Of a DNA stretch of 42,349 nucleotides, positions 33,913 through 42,349 are shown in pieces (within the stretch, counting starts at the first letter, position 1; each line of letters opens with the position of its first letter). The notes beneath the pieces are model-generated. The model searched no databases. It saw nothing but the letters and a program-made list of their open reading frames with translations, and was not told the origin of the DNA. Location: positions 1 to 42,349 of the IMG/VR virus record IMGVR_UViG_3300037780_000049; one strand, given 5' to 3'. The position numbers and the translations under genes were made by a program. This DNA comes from a virus (taxonomy: Duplodnaviria > Caudoviricetes).

Positions 33913-34532
33913 ACATCGCAATCTGCGTTCCCTGCCGCGACCAGGTCGAGACGGGCTTTGCCTTCGATATGGCGATGGCGACCAGCTACCATGTGGCGAA
34001 CTTCAAGGACCGGGTTCATCTCTATCATTCCAAGGGCACGCTGATCTGCAACCAGCGCCAGGAACTGGTGAAGAACGCCCTGATCGACGAGGCGGACTGG
34101 ATCCTCTTCCTCGATGCGGACATGCGGTTCCCCAAGGACGTGATCTCCCGGCTTCTGGCCCATGACGTTCCGGTGGTGGCGGCCAACTATTCCACCCGGC
34201 GGTCTCCCGTAAAGCCGGTGACGTTCGCCAATGCGAGCGTGGATGACCGGATCTACACCCGTCCGGAATCCGAGGGCCTGGAAGAGTGCTTCGGCACCGG
34301 CATGGGCGTGTTCATGGTCAGGGCGGACATCTTCAAGGAACTGCCCTTGCCGTGGTTCCAGATCGGCTATTCCCCCAGCCTGCATGACTTCGTGGGGGAG
34401 GACATCTACTTCTGCCGCCTGCTTCGGGAGGCGGGACACAAGATCATGATCGACCACGACCTGTCGAAACAGGTCCGTCATGTGGGGACGTGGGAGTTTT
34501 CCACCGACCACGCCTGCGTCGTAGCGGAGTAA
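33909..34532 (+). CDS. GT-A fold glycosyltransferase (family 2-like)
   Basis: IAICVP; RQELV; LFLDADM (DxD); GMG; PWF; GEDIYFC; HVG. Confidence 0.85.
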   Translation: MNIAICVPCRDQVETGFAFDMAMATSYHVANFKDRVHLYHSKGTLICNQRQELVKNALIDEADWILFLDADMRFPKDVISRLLAHDVPVVAANYSTRRSPVKPVTFANASVDDRIYTRPESEGLEECFGTGMGVFMVRADIFKELPLPWFQIGYSPSLHDFVGEDIYFCRLLREAGHKIMIDHDLSKQVRHVGTWEFSTDHACVVAE

Positions 34533-34536
34533 GCCA

Positions 34537-35169
34537 ATGGCAATCACGACCTATGCTGAACTTCAGGAATCCATCGGAGACTGGCTGAACCGGAACGACC
34601 TGACGTCGGTCATTCCATCCTTCATCGACAACGCCGAGGCGCGCATCAACCGGCGCCTGCGCACCCGGTCCATGGAAACCTCCACATCCCTCTCGCTGAA
34701 CGCGTCGGGCGAAGCCACGCTGCCTGCGGATTTCCTGGAGGCCCGCCTTGTCACGGTCGCCACCACGCCGGTCTCGTTCCCGGAGTACGTGGAGCCGGAC
34801 AGCCCGGAATTCCTCTACAAGCACCGGCCCAACCAGAACCCGCAATACTATTCCGTCATCGGCACCACCATCAAGGTGCAGCCGGCCTATAACGGTTCCG
34901 CGACGCTCTACTACTACGGCAAGCTTACGGCCCTGGCGGACGACAACACCACCAACTGGCTGCTCACGAAGGCGCCGGACATCTACCTCTATGCCTCGTG
35001 CCTGGAGGGGGCGATGTATCTCAAGGATGCGGAGTCGGCGGCCAACTACACGGACCTGTTCGTGGCCGCCGTCAACGACCTGATGGTAGAGGAGCGGGCG
35101 CATGTGGGTTCCCGCCAGCCATTGACCCCGAACACCCCCTCGGGGAAGACGATGGACCTTGAGAAGTGA
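34537..35169 (+). CDS. Head-tail adaptor protein, copy 1
   Basis: TYAELQ..I.DWLNR.DL...FIDNAEARINRRLR...TNWLLTKAPDIYLY. Confidence 0.8.
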   Translation: MAITTYAELQESIGDWLNRNDLTSVIPSFIDNAEARINRRLRTRSMETSTSLSLNASGEATLPADFLEARLVTVATTPVSFPEYVEPDSPEFLYKHRPNQNPQYYSVIGTTIKVQPAYNGSATLYYYGKLTALADDNTTNWLLTKAPDIYLYASCLEGAMYLKDAESAANYTDLFVAAVNDLMVEERAHVGSRQPLTPNTPSGKTMDLEK

Positions 35170-35777
35170 TCACCGACTACGACTCCCTCAAGAACGCCGT
35201 CGCGGACCAGTTCGTCACCACGGAAGTCGTTCCCTATGCGGGGACGGCCATCGGTCTGGTGGAAGCGAACATCAACCGCAACGTCCGGGTGCGGCGGATG
35301 ATCGGACGCTACACGGCCTCGATGAGCGGCCAGTTCACCGGGCTGCCTTCTGACTTCCTCGCCGCGGCGGGGCTTCAGGTCAACACCAACCCCGTTCGGA
35401 AACTGGAGTTCGTCACCATCGACCGCATGGACGAGATGAAGGCGGGCTATCAGGCGGGAGGGGTTCCGGTCTGGTACACCATCATCGGGGCCGAATTCGA
35501 GGTTCTTCCCATCCCGGACACGACCTATACGGCGGAACTGACCTATTACGCCAAGGTCCCGGCACTCTCCGACGACAACACCACCAACTGGCTGCTGACC
35601 AACTATCCGGACGTGTATTTCTACGGGACGCTCGCCATTGCGGCCCCCTATGTGAACGACCCGAGGGCCCCGATGTGGGCGGGCATGTACGACGCGGCCC
35701 TGGAAGAAATGATCGTCGAGGACGAGCGGGCGCGGTTTCCCCGTCCCGTGATGCGCGCCCGTACCGTCTATACGTGA
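35166..35777 (+). CDS. Head-tail adaptor protein, copy 2 (paralog)
   Basis: Colinear with copy 1: LPSDFL, YY.K..AL.DDNTTNWLL...PD.Y.Y. Confidence 0.8.
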   Translation: MITDYDSLKNAVADQFVTTEVVPYAGTAIGLVEANINRNVRVRRMIGRYTASMSGQFTGLPSDFLAAAGLQVNTNPVRKLEFVTIDRMDEMKAGYQAGGVPVWYTIIGAEFEVLPIPDTTYTAELTYYAKVPALSDDNTTNWLLTNYPDVYFYGTLAIAAPYVNDPRAPMWAGMYDAALEEMIVEDERARFPRPVMRARTVYT

Positions 35778-35785
35778 GGTGAGGA

Positions 35786-36829
35786 ATGGCTGATACGACC
35801 ACCAGCGTCCTGGGGCTGACCAAGCCCGAGGTGGGCGCCTCCGATTCGACATGGGGCACAAAGCTCAACAGCAACCTCGACGACCTGGATGCGATCTTCA
35901 CCGCCAACGGAACGGGGACCTCGGTCGGTCTCAACGTGGGCTCGGGCAAGACCCTTGCCGTTGCGGGAACGCTGACGGTCACGGGCTCGACCAACATCAA
36001 CCACGACAACCTGACCGGGTTCGTGGCGAACGAGCACATCGACCACTCCGCTGTTTCCATCTCGGCCGGCGGCGCGCTTTCCGGTGGTGGAACGATTGCG
36101 GCCAACCGCACCATTTCCCTGGATATCTCCGGCCTGACGGAAGACACCAGCCCGGCCACGACGGCGGATTACATCGTCACCTATGACGCTTCGGCCTCGT
36201 CCCACAAGAAGGTCCGCCTCGACAAGATCAATCACGACAACCTGACGGGCTTCGTCGCTGACGAGCATGTGGACCATTCCGCCGTCTCCATCTCGGCCGG
36301 GACCGGTTTGACAGGCGGCGGCACGATTGCGGCCAACCGCACCCTGTCGCTGAACATCTCGGGCCTGACGGCGGATGCCACGCCTGATGTGGCGGCGGAC
36401 TATCTGGTCACCTACGACGCCTCCGGCACCACCCACAAGAAGGTCCTGATCGAGAACCTTCCCCTGAAGATCGACCAGTTCCTGATGGCGCGGGCGGTGG
36501 AGGCGACCACGAACGTGGAAACCGGGACCAACGTCATGGGCCGGATCTACATTCCGCCTGGTGGGAGTTTCACGGTCATTGCGGCGAAGGCCTATGTGGA
36601 CACCGCCGGGTCTTCCGGCTCCACCGTCATCGACGTGAACAAGAACGGCTCGACCATCTTTTCGTCCAATCTCTCGATTGCCTCGGGCGGCACCGCCTCG
36701 ACCGGGGGAACTCTTTCTGGGACCCCGACCCTGACGGCGGGGGATTACCTGACCATCGACGTGGATTCCGTCTCCACCACGAAACCGAGGGGCCTTCAGG
36801 TCCACCTTCAGTTGAGGGCGACCTATTGA
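35786..36829 (+). CDS. Tail fibre protein
   Basis: MADTTT..LGLTKPEVGASDSTWGTKLN attachment domain; 77-aa tandem repeat; beta-rich tip. Confidence 0.8.
   Translation: MADTTTSVLGLTKPEVGASDSTWGTKLNSNLDDLDAIFTANGTGTSVGLNVGSGKTLAVAGTLTVTGSTNINHDNLTGFVANEHIDHSAVSISAGGALSGGGTIAANRTISLDISGLTEDTSPATTADYIVTYDASASSHKKVRLDKINHDNLTGFVADEHVDHSAVSISAGTGLTGGGTIAANRTLSLNISGLTADATPDVAADYLVTYDASGTTHKKVLIENLPLKIDQFLMARAVEATTNVETGTNVMGRIYIPPGGSFTVIAAKAYVDTAGSSGSTVIDVNKNGSTIFSSNLSIASGGTASTGGTLSGTPTLTAGDYLTIDVDSVSTTKPRGLQVHLQLRATY
35996..36457 (+). repeat. Tandem 231-bp (77-aa) intragenic duplication
   Basis: INHDNLTGFVA...HKKV unit starts at 35996 and again at 36227. Confidence 0.85.
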
Positions 36830-37065
36830 GCGCGGATGCCCTGGTTTCCGCCCTCCCTGACCCCTGTACGGTGGAGTGGGACGGGAAAACGGTCATTGCT
36901 GGGGATTTCCGGGCTGTTGGCAACGTTCTGTCCTGCGTCGTGACGTTCAGGGTGGGTGGAGAGGAAAGGCCATTCAGCAACCCCTGGAAGCTGGTCGACC
37001 CTCCCGGAGACAGTCAGGAGTGGTTCGAGCAGGCCGTGATGGGTTCGGGGTTCTTCCGTGGCTAG
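36826..37065 (+). CDS. Hypothetical tail-associated protein
   Basis: TTG start overlapping the fibre stop; precedes the beta-sandwich gene. Confidence 0.6.
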   Translation: MSADALVSALPDPCTVEWDGKTVIAGDFRAVGNVLSCVVTFRVGGEERPFSNPWKLVDPPGDSQEWFEQAVMGSGFFRG

Positions 37066-37687
37066 CTATACCTTCTATGGGGTCACGGCTGACGCGGGTG
37101 TTTATTGCACGGATTCGTCGTGGACAGCTGTCCAGACAGGGGCCGGGACGCTCCAGACGGTCACGGCCAGCGGGACCAGCCTGTTTGTCGGCAAGCAGAA
37201 GGTCAGCACCAACTATCAGAACTTCCTTCAGGGGGTTGGGTTTGACACGTCTTCCATCCCCGATGACGCGGAAATCCTGACGGCCATCCCGAGTTTTTGC
37301 GCCTCTACCACCGATCCCGCCAAATCATGGACGCTGGAGGCGCGGGACTTCAATTGGGGACCGACCATCACCACGGCGGATTACCGGACGGCCTCCCAAT
37401 GGTCCGCCCTACCGTTGCTGGCGGAGATGAGCCTATCGGCTGGCCTGACGGTGGACACCTACTATGCCATGACCGGCTACGGGACCAATCTCGTCAACGC
37501 CATCAACAAGACCGGCGTGACCTATTTCATGCTGGGGGCAAGTAATTACGGCGGCATCGCGCCGACCAACGATGACCGAGTGGTCTTCTATTCAGCCGAC
37601 GAGACGGGCACCTCCAAGGACCCCAAGCTGGAAGTGACGACGTTCGAGGCCCCTGATTTCACGCCCCAGGTGATGTGGATCGCATGA
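37058..37687 (+). CDS. Beta-sandwich (DNRLRE/CBM-like) virion protein, paralog of the N-terminus of 21679-22818
   Basis: FDTSSIPDD, INKTG, GTSKDPKLEVTT shared with the 21679 ORF. Confidence 0.7.
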   Translation: MASYTFYGVTADAGVYCTDSSWTAVQTGAGTLQTVTASGTSLFVGKQKVSTNYQNFLQGVGFDTSSIPDDAEILTAIPSFCASTTDPAKSWTLEARDFNWGPTITTADYRTASQWSALPLLAEMSLSAGLTVDTYYAMTGYGTNLVNAINKTGVTYFMLGASNYGGIAPTNDDRVVFYSADETGTSKDPKLEVTTFEAPDFTPQVMWIA

Positions 37688-39153
37688 GCTATATTCCTCT
37701 CGTCTTCCCTCCCGGCATCTACAGGGCTGGCACGGAACTGCAATCCACGGGCCGCTGGTATGACGCCAACCTGGTCCGGTGGGCGAACGGCGCCATGCTC
37801 CCCGTTGGGGGGTGGCTGCCCTTCACCACGGGCCTTACAGGTGTGGCGCGGGGCGCGATTGCCTGGGTGGACAATTCCGGCGACCGGCATCTTGCCGTTG
37901 GAACACAAGATTACCTCTACGAGATCAATGAAGCCGGGACGGTCGACGACATAACCCCCGCGTCCTTCACCACGGGCGACGTGGATTCCGGCACGCAGAC
38001 CGGCTACGGCGGCGGTCTTTATGGGGATGACGAGTACGGCACCCCGCGTTCGGATGCTTCGTCGATCACGGACGCCTCCACATGGGCGCTGGACACCTGG
38101 GGAGAGTATCTGGTGGCCTGTGCGACCTCCGACGGCAAGCTTTACGAATGGGACCTGACCTCGGATGCCGCGGCGATCTCCAACGCCCCCACCGGGTGTT
38201 CTGGTCTGGTCGTAACAGCAGAGCGGTTCCTGTTCGCCCTGGGGGCAGGTGGGAACAAGCGCAAGGTGCAATGGTCGGACCAGGAGGACAACACCACCTG
38301 GACGCCCTCCACGACCAACCAGGCCGGGTCTCGTGAACTTGCCACCTCCGGCGCGTTGATGGCGGGAAAGCGGGTGCGGGGGCAGACCCTGTTGCTGACT
38401 TCGGTGGATGCTTATGTCGCGGAGTATGTCGGCCCCCCTTACGTCTACGGGTTTCGTTCGGCCGGTTCGGCCTGCGGGCTGATCGCCCCCAATGCGATCA
38501 CGGTGATCAATGGCGGTGTCGCCATCTGGATGGGGGACGCGGGGTCCTTCTACACCTATGACGGCGGTATCGTCCGGGCGGTTCAGTGCGATGTCGCGGA
38601 CTATCTGCGCCGGAACATGAACGCCAGCCAGAAGGCCAAGGTGTTCGCGCTCACCAACTCGGATTTCGACGAAGTGACGTGGTTCTACCCCTCGGGGACG
38701 GAGTGCGATTCCTACGTGACCTATTCCACGACGGAGGGGCACTGGACCATCGGATCCATGGACCGGACCTCGGGTGTGGACAAGGGGGTCTGGCCCTATC
38801 CGCTCTATGTCTCCCCGGACGGGGATGTCTACCAGCACGAGACCGGCAACGACTATGAAGGAGCCACCGTCTATGCGGAGAGTGGCCCTTATCAGATCGG
38901 CAACGGGGATCAGGTGATGATGGCCCGCTCCCTCGTCCCGGACGAACTGACGCAAGGGGATGTGAGGGTGTCGTTCAAGGGGCGCCTTTACCCCAACGGG
39001 GCCGAGACGACCTACGGCCCCTACACCCTTGCAAATCCCACGGACATCCGGTTCTCCACCCGGCAGGTGAGGCTGAGGGTCGAGGGCGTTGAAGAAACTT
39101 CCTGGCGCTGGGGCGCGCCGCGCATTGAAGCCATTCCGACGAGCCTGCGATGA
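37684..39153 (+). CDS. Tail nozzle/DNA stabilisation protein (P22 gp10/T7 gp12-like)
   Basis: PPGIYR.GT...GRWYDANLVRW; beta-propeller-like repeats; VQWSDQED...W. Confidence 0.75.
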   Translation: MSYIPLVFPPGIYRAGTELQSTGRWYDANLVRWANGAMLPVGGWLPFTTGLTGVARGAIAWVDNSGDRHLAVGTQDYLYEINEAGTVDDITPASFTTGDVDSGTQTGYGGGLYGDDEYGTPRSDASSITDASTWALDTWGEYLVACATSDGKLYEWDLTSDAAAISNAPTGCSGLVVTAERFLFALGAGGNKRKVQWSDQEDNTTWTPSTTNQAGSRELATSGALMAGKRVRGQTLLLTSVDAYVAEYVGPPYVYGFRSAGSACGLIAPNAITVINGGVAIWMGDAGSFYTYDGGIVRAVQCDVADYLRRNMNASQKAKVFALTNSDFDEVTWFYPSGTECDSYVTYSTTEGHWTIGSMDRTSGVDKGVWPYPLYVSPDGDVYQHETGNDYEGATVYAESGPYQIGNGDQVMMARSLVPDELTQGDVRVSFKGRLYPNGAETTYGPYTLANPTDIRFSTRQVRLRVEGVEETSWRWGAPRIEAIPTSLR

Positions 39154-39374
39154 GACTTCCCATTCCGCCCGAGACATGGACCCGTGAATATCAGCAGCGG
39201 GTCAACGCGGAAATCGAGCAGGCCGACAGGGAGAACCGGAAGACGGGCAGGGACATCGAGATGGTTCAGAGCGACGGCACCCGGACGGAGCGGATCATCC
39301 TGCGCAGTGACGACGGGTCCCGGTGGGCATTGACCGTGGACAACAGCGGCAACCTGTCCGCAACCAGCATCTAG
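39150..39374 (+). CDS. Small tail protein
   Basis: IILRSDDGSRWALTVDNSGNL motif. Confidence 0.7.
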   Translation: MRLPIPPETWTREYQQRVNAEIEQADRENRKTGRDIEMVQSDGTRTERIILRSDDGSRWALTVDNSGNLSATSI

Positions 39375-39383
39375 GAGAGGCAC

Positions 39384-40700
39384 ATGGGCATTCTGGGTTC
39401 ACTGTTCGGCGGGGGTGGCGGCACCACCAAGATCGGCAAGAAGGCGGCCAAGGACCTCTACAAGAGGGCGCAGACGGTCGCTGACACGCCCTATGTCCCT
39501 TATGAGGGAAACAGGGTGGCGGACGCCAACCCCACCCTTCAGGCGGCCATCGCACAGGCTTCCTCGGCAAGCGGCGCCGGCAACGGTTCCATCAACAAGG
39601 CGGTCAACTTGGCGCAGTCCGCCGGGTCCTACACGCCCTCGACGGTGACGGCCAACCCCATCACCGCGTCCCTGATGGCGGCCTCGTCTCTTCGTCCGGT
39701 GAACGACATCACCGCGGCGTCCCTCGCTCCGGTGGGGGACGTGACCGGGGCGGCGGTCGATCCGTCGACGGTCCGGGATGTGAATGCCTCGTCCTTCCTG
39801 GACTACGACGTGAACCAGTACATGAACCCGTACCTCCAGACGGTGGCGGGCAACGTGATGAGCGACCTTGCCCTGCAAAGGGACCGGCAGCGGCTGAACG
39901 ACAATGCGGCGGCTGTGCGGGCTGGGGCTTTCGGGGGCGACCGTCAGGGGGTAGCGGATGCGCTGACCAACGAAGCGTTCATGCGGACCAGCGCCAGCAC
40001 TCTGTCCGACCTCTACAAGTCGGGCTTCGACCTTGCCTCCGGGCTGATCACGACCGACGCCGATCGTGCATTGCAGGCCGGTGAGTCCAACCAGACCCGC
40101 GACCTTTCCGTTGCCGGGACCAACGCCGGGTATGACCAGGCGGCGCGTCTCGCCAACCAGACCGCTCAACTGTCCGTGGCGGGGCAGAACGCCGGCTTCC
40201 AGCAGGACGCGGCGAAGGTCAACCAGGCCAACCAGTACAACACGGCCCTCCAGGACGCGCAGATGATCCAGGAGGCCAACCGCCTGAACATGGCGGCGCA
40301 GAACACGGCATCGACCACGAACGCATCCAACAGCCTCGAGGCGGCGCTCGCCAACCAGGAAGCGGGCCTGACCGCCAACGAACAGGCGTTGCTGTCCTCC
40401 AACATCCTGGGGGAAATCGGCAACAACCAAGCCAGAAATGCGGTTGTCGGTTCCGAGGTCGCGCTGAAGGCCGGCACCGCGCAGCAGCTGATCGACCAGG
40501 CCAAACTGGATGCAGAATACGACGCCTACCTCCGGGAGCAGGGATGGGCACCGAGCATGATCAACCTCCTGACCGACGCCGCTGGTGTGGCCGCCGGCAC
40601 GCGGAGCAATCAGAGCAACGGCATCATCCCCGGCCTGTCCAGCATGTTCAGCGGTGGTTCCCAGTCGGCGGCCAACGGCATCTACAGCATGTTCAAGTAA
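39384..40700 (+). CDS. Internal virion/DNA ejection protein
   Basis: PYVPYEGNRVA, YMNPY, GAFGGDR, Gln/Asn/Ala-rich repeats. Confidence 0.75.
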   Translation: MGILGSLFGGGGGTTKIGKKAAKDLYKRAQTVADTPYVPYEGNRVADANPTLQAAIAQASSASGAGNGSINKAVNLAQSAGSYTPSTVTANPITASLMAASSLRPVNDITAASLAPVGDVTGAAVDPSTVRDVNASSFLDYDVNQYMNPYLQTVAGNVMSDLALQRDRQRLNDNAAAVRAGAFGGDRQGVADALTNEAFMRTSASTLSDLYKSGFDLASGLITTDADRALQAGESNQTRDLSVAGTNAGYDQAARLANQTAQLSVAGQNAGFQQDAAKVNQANQYNTALQDAQMIQEANRLNMAAQNTASTTNASNSLEAALANQEAGLTANEQALLSSNILGEIGNNQARNAVVGSEVALKAGTAQQLIDQAKLDAEYDAYLREQGWAPSMINLLTDAAGVAAGTRSNQSNGIIPGLSSMFSGGSQSAANGIYSMFK

Positions 40701-40710
40701 GGAGCGGCGC

Positions 40711-41946
40711 ATGTTCTATAACAAGGCGTCCCGTATCGTTGACGACACCGGGCTCACCGAGCAGCAGAAGCGCATTCTCCGTATCGCCCAGGAGGCGGAC
40801 CGCAACGCGATGCTGGATGGGCGGATGCCTGTCGCGCAGTTCAAGCTTCAGGACGAGTGGGCCGCCCGCAAGCGTGCAGCGGAGGACCAGGCTTTGCTGA
40901 AAGGAGCCGCCGGTGCCACCTTGACCCCCGAGCAGTTGACCATGCTCGCCGAGGGTGGGCGCACGGTACCGACCGAGCTGGTCCGCCCCCAGGCCAGCAC
41001 GGGAGTGGACCTGAACGACGCGCAGCGGCAGTTGCTTGCGCCCGCCATCCAGAAGTACGCCGATCCCACCGCCGCCTACACGCCTTCCCGACCGTCGCCG
41101 GATACGATCCGGATGCTCAATGCCGAGGGCGTGGACACTACGGGCATTGCGCCGAAATATGAGCGGGACAAGATCTACGACACCGCGACCGGTCGGGAGA
41201 GGGTGGCTGCAATCGACATGACCGACCCCACCAATGTGGTGAATGTGGGCGGTGTCAAGGCGCAGGAGCTTCCGTCCGAAATCGACGCCGTGGAGTATCT
41301 GACCGGGCAGAAGCTTGCCGGCGCCGGTCAGGCAGGCATGGATATGGTCGGGGGATACAACCAGTCCAAGGCCGCCCGGACGAACGTCAACGTCAACACC
41401 GGCACCGTGGGCGAGGACGAGTTCGACAAGACGGCGGCCAAGGAGCTGGCTGCGTACACCATCGGCGGCGGGTTCTCGGACGTGCAGAAGCAGCTTGGTC
41501 AGCTTGGTCAGGTTCTCACCAATCTGGAGAGCAGCGACGATATCACGGGCTGGTTCGTGGGCAGCCTGCCGGAGTCGGTGGCGCCCATCATCGCACCGCA
41601 GGCCGTTGCCAACCGCGATCTGGTGGAAGAGGTGGTGCAGCGGAACCTTCGTCTCATCCTGGGTGCCCAGTTCACAGAGAAAGAGGGCGAGCGACTGATC
41701 AAGCGTGCCTACAATCCGAAGCTGTCGGAACAGGAAAACGCCCGCCGCGTGGCGAACCTCATCAAGCAGATCCACCAGGCCGCAAAGGCGAAGCAGGACG
41801 CCGCCGATTACTTCCGGGAGAACCGGACGCTTCGCGGCTGGGGCGGGCAGTTGCCCCGGATCACAGACTTCTACGAGGCGGTTGACCCGGTCGAGGAACC
41901 CACGGTCAAGCAAGGGCGTGGCTTCAAGGTGCTGGGGGTGGAGTGA
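40711..41946 (+). CDS. Internal virion/DNA ejection protein
   Basis: AAGGAG RBS; helical protein with LGAQFTEKEG; position in the ejection cluster. Confidence 0.7.
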   Translation: MFYNKASRIVDDTGLTEQQKRILRIAQEADRNAMLDGRMPVAQFKLQDEWAARKRAAEDQALLKGAAGATLTPEQLTMLAEGGRTVPTELVRPQASTGVDLNDAQRQLLAPAIQKYADPTAAYTPSRPSPDTIRMLNAEGVDTTGIAPKYERDKIYDTATGRERVAAIDMTDPTNVVNVGGVKAQELPSEIDAVEYLTGQKLAGAGQAGMDMVGGYNQSKAARTNVNVNTGTVGEDEFDKTAAKELAAYTIGGGFSDVQKQLGQLGQVLTNLESSDDITGWFVGSLPESVAPIIAPQAVANRDLVEEVVQRNLRLILGAQFTEKEGERLIKRAYNPKLSEQENARRVANLIKQIHQAAKAKQDAADYFRENRTLRGWGGQLPRITDFYEAVDPVEEPTVKQGRGFKVLGVE

Positions 41947-42349
41947 TGGCGATCTATCGTGTCGAGGGGCCGGATGGCCGCATCTACCGTATCGAAGGCC
42001 CGGATGATGCCAGCAACGAGGAAATCGAGGCGTTCGCGACGCAGCAGTTCGGCCCCAAGGAGCCTAGCGGCCCGCCCAAGACGCTGGAGGATGCCCGTGA
42101 GCGCATAAACAGCGACGTGCGCGGCTTTGGCCTGGGTGTCATCAAGCCGGTGGAGAACCTTGCGTCCTGGGCCATGAACCTGCCCGGCATGGAGGCGGCG
42201 GACAAATTCATGTCCGACACCCTGGGCACCACGCCCTATGGCGAGATTGTCGAGGGGCGCCAGGCGGGCCGAGCCGAGAACCAGAGCAAGGGCGCGCAGA
42301 CGGTGGGGAACATCGTCGGTGTCCTGCCCACGGCGGCGCTGCCTGGGGG
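41946..42349 (+). CDS. Internal virion/ejection protein, N-terminal part (3'-truncated)
   Basis: MAIYRVEGPDGRIYRIEGPDDAS...; TGATG coupling; open at the window end. Confidence 0.7.
   Translation, partial: MAIYRVEGPDGRIYRIEGPDDASNEEIEAFATQQFGPKEPSGPPKTLEDARERINSDVRGFGLGVIKPVENLASWAMNLPGMEAADKFMSDTLGTTPYGEIVEGRQAGRAENQSKGAQTVGNIVGVLPTAALPG

Larger units (their letters stand above)
1..42349. mobile_element. Temperate podovirus-like bacteriophage genome, near complete, excised/attP form
   Basis: Integrase, CI/Cro, replication, terminase, portal, scaffold, capsid, nozzle, ejection and lysis genes are all present. No host genes seen. Phage genes lie on both sides of the att core. No tape-measure or tail-tube gene recognised. 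Confidence 0.95.

Noticed and set aside
34939-35596. DGR template/variable repeat pair
   Set aside because: Shared block is identical rather than adenine-mutated, and no reverse transcriptase is present.

Overview
Near-complete, circularly permuted genome of a temperate podovirus-like tailed phage, most likely infecting an alphaproteobacterium (GC-rich, two GTTC-N7-GTTC LexA-type boxes, TSCPD and GcrA-like genes). It is in the excised (attP) configuration. Gene order: end of an ejection-protein gene; lipoprotein moron; lysis cassette (holin-like genes, metallophosphoesterase, GH108 endolysin, Rz with embedded Rz1); leftward accessory genes; attP carrying the 5' half of tRNA-Pro(TGG) with its own promoter; tyrosine integrase/xis; leftward early/recombination operon (SSB, single-strand annealing protein, HNH); CI/Cro switch; rightward early genes (resolvase, DNA MTase, DUF1376 initiator, split primase-helicase, Q-like regulator); late genes (fibre-like proteins, TerS, TerL, portal, scaffold, capsid, two tandem adaptors, tail fibre, nozzle, ejection proteins). 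The strongest unexplained signals are: (1) a ~425-nt, promoter-driven, densely base-paired candidate ncRNA at 4956-5379; (2) a XerCD dif-like site flanked by two identical IHF-box repeats between terS and terL; (3) a ~114-nt cloverleaf-like antisense RNA ending in CCA inside the lysis cassette; (4) a glycosyltransferase/methyltransferase/sulfotransferase trio among virion genes; (5) an acr-aca-like autoregulated cassette. All family calls come from motif recognition by eye. No searches or folding programs were run.
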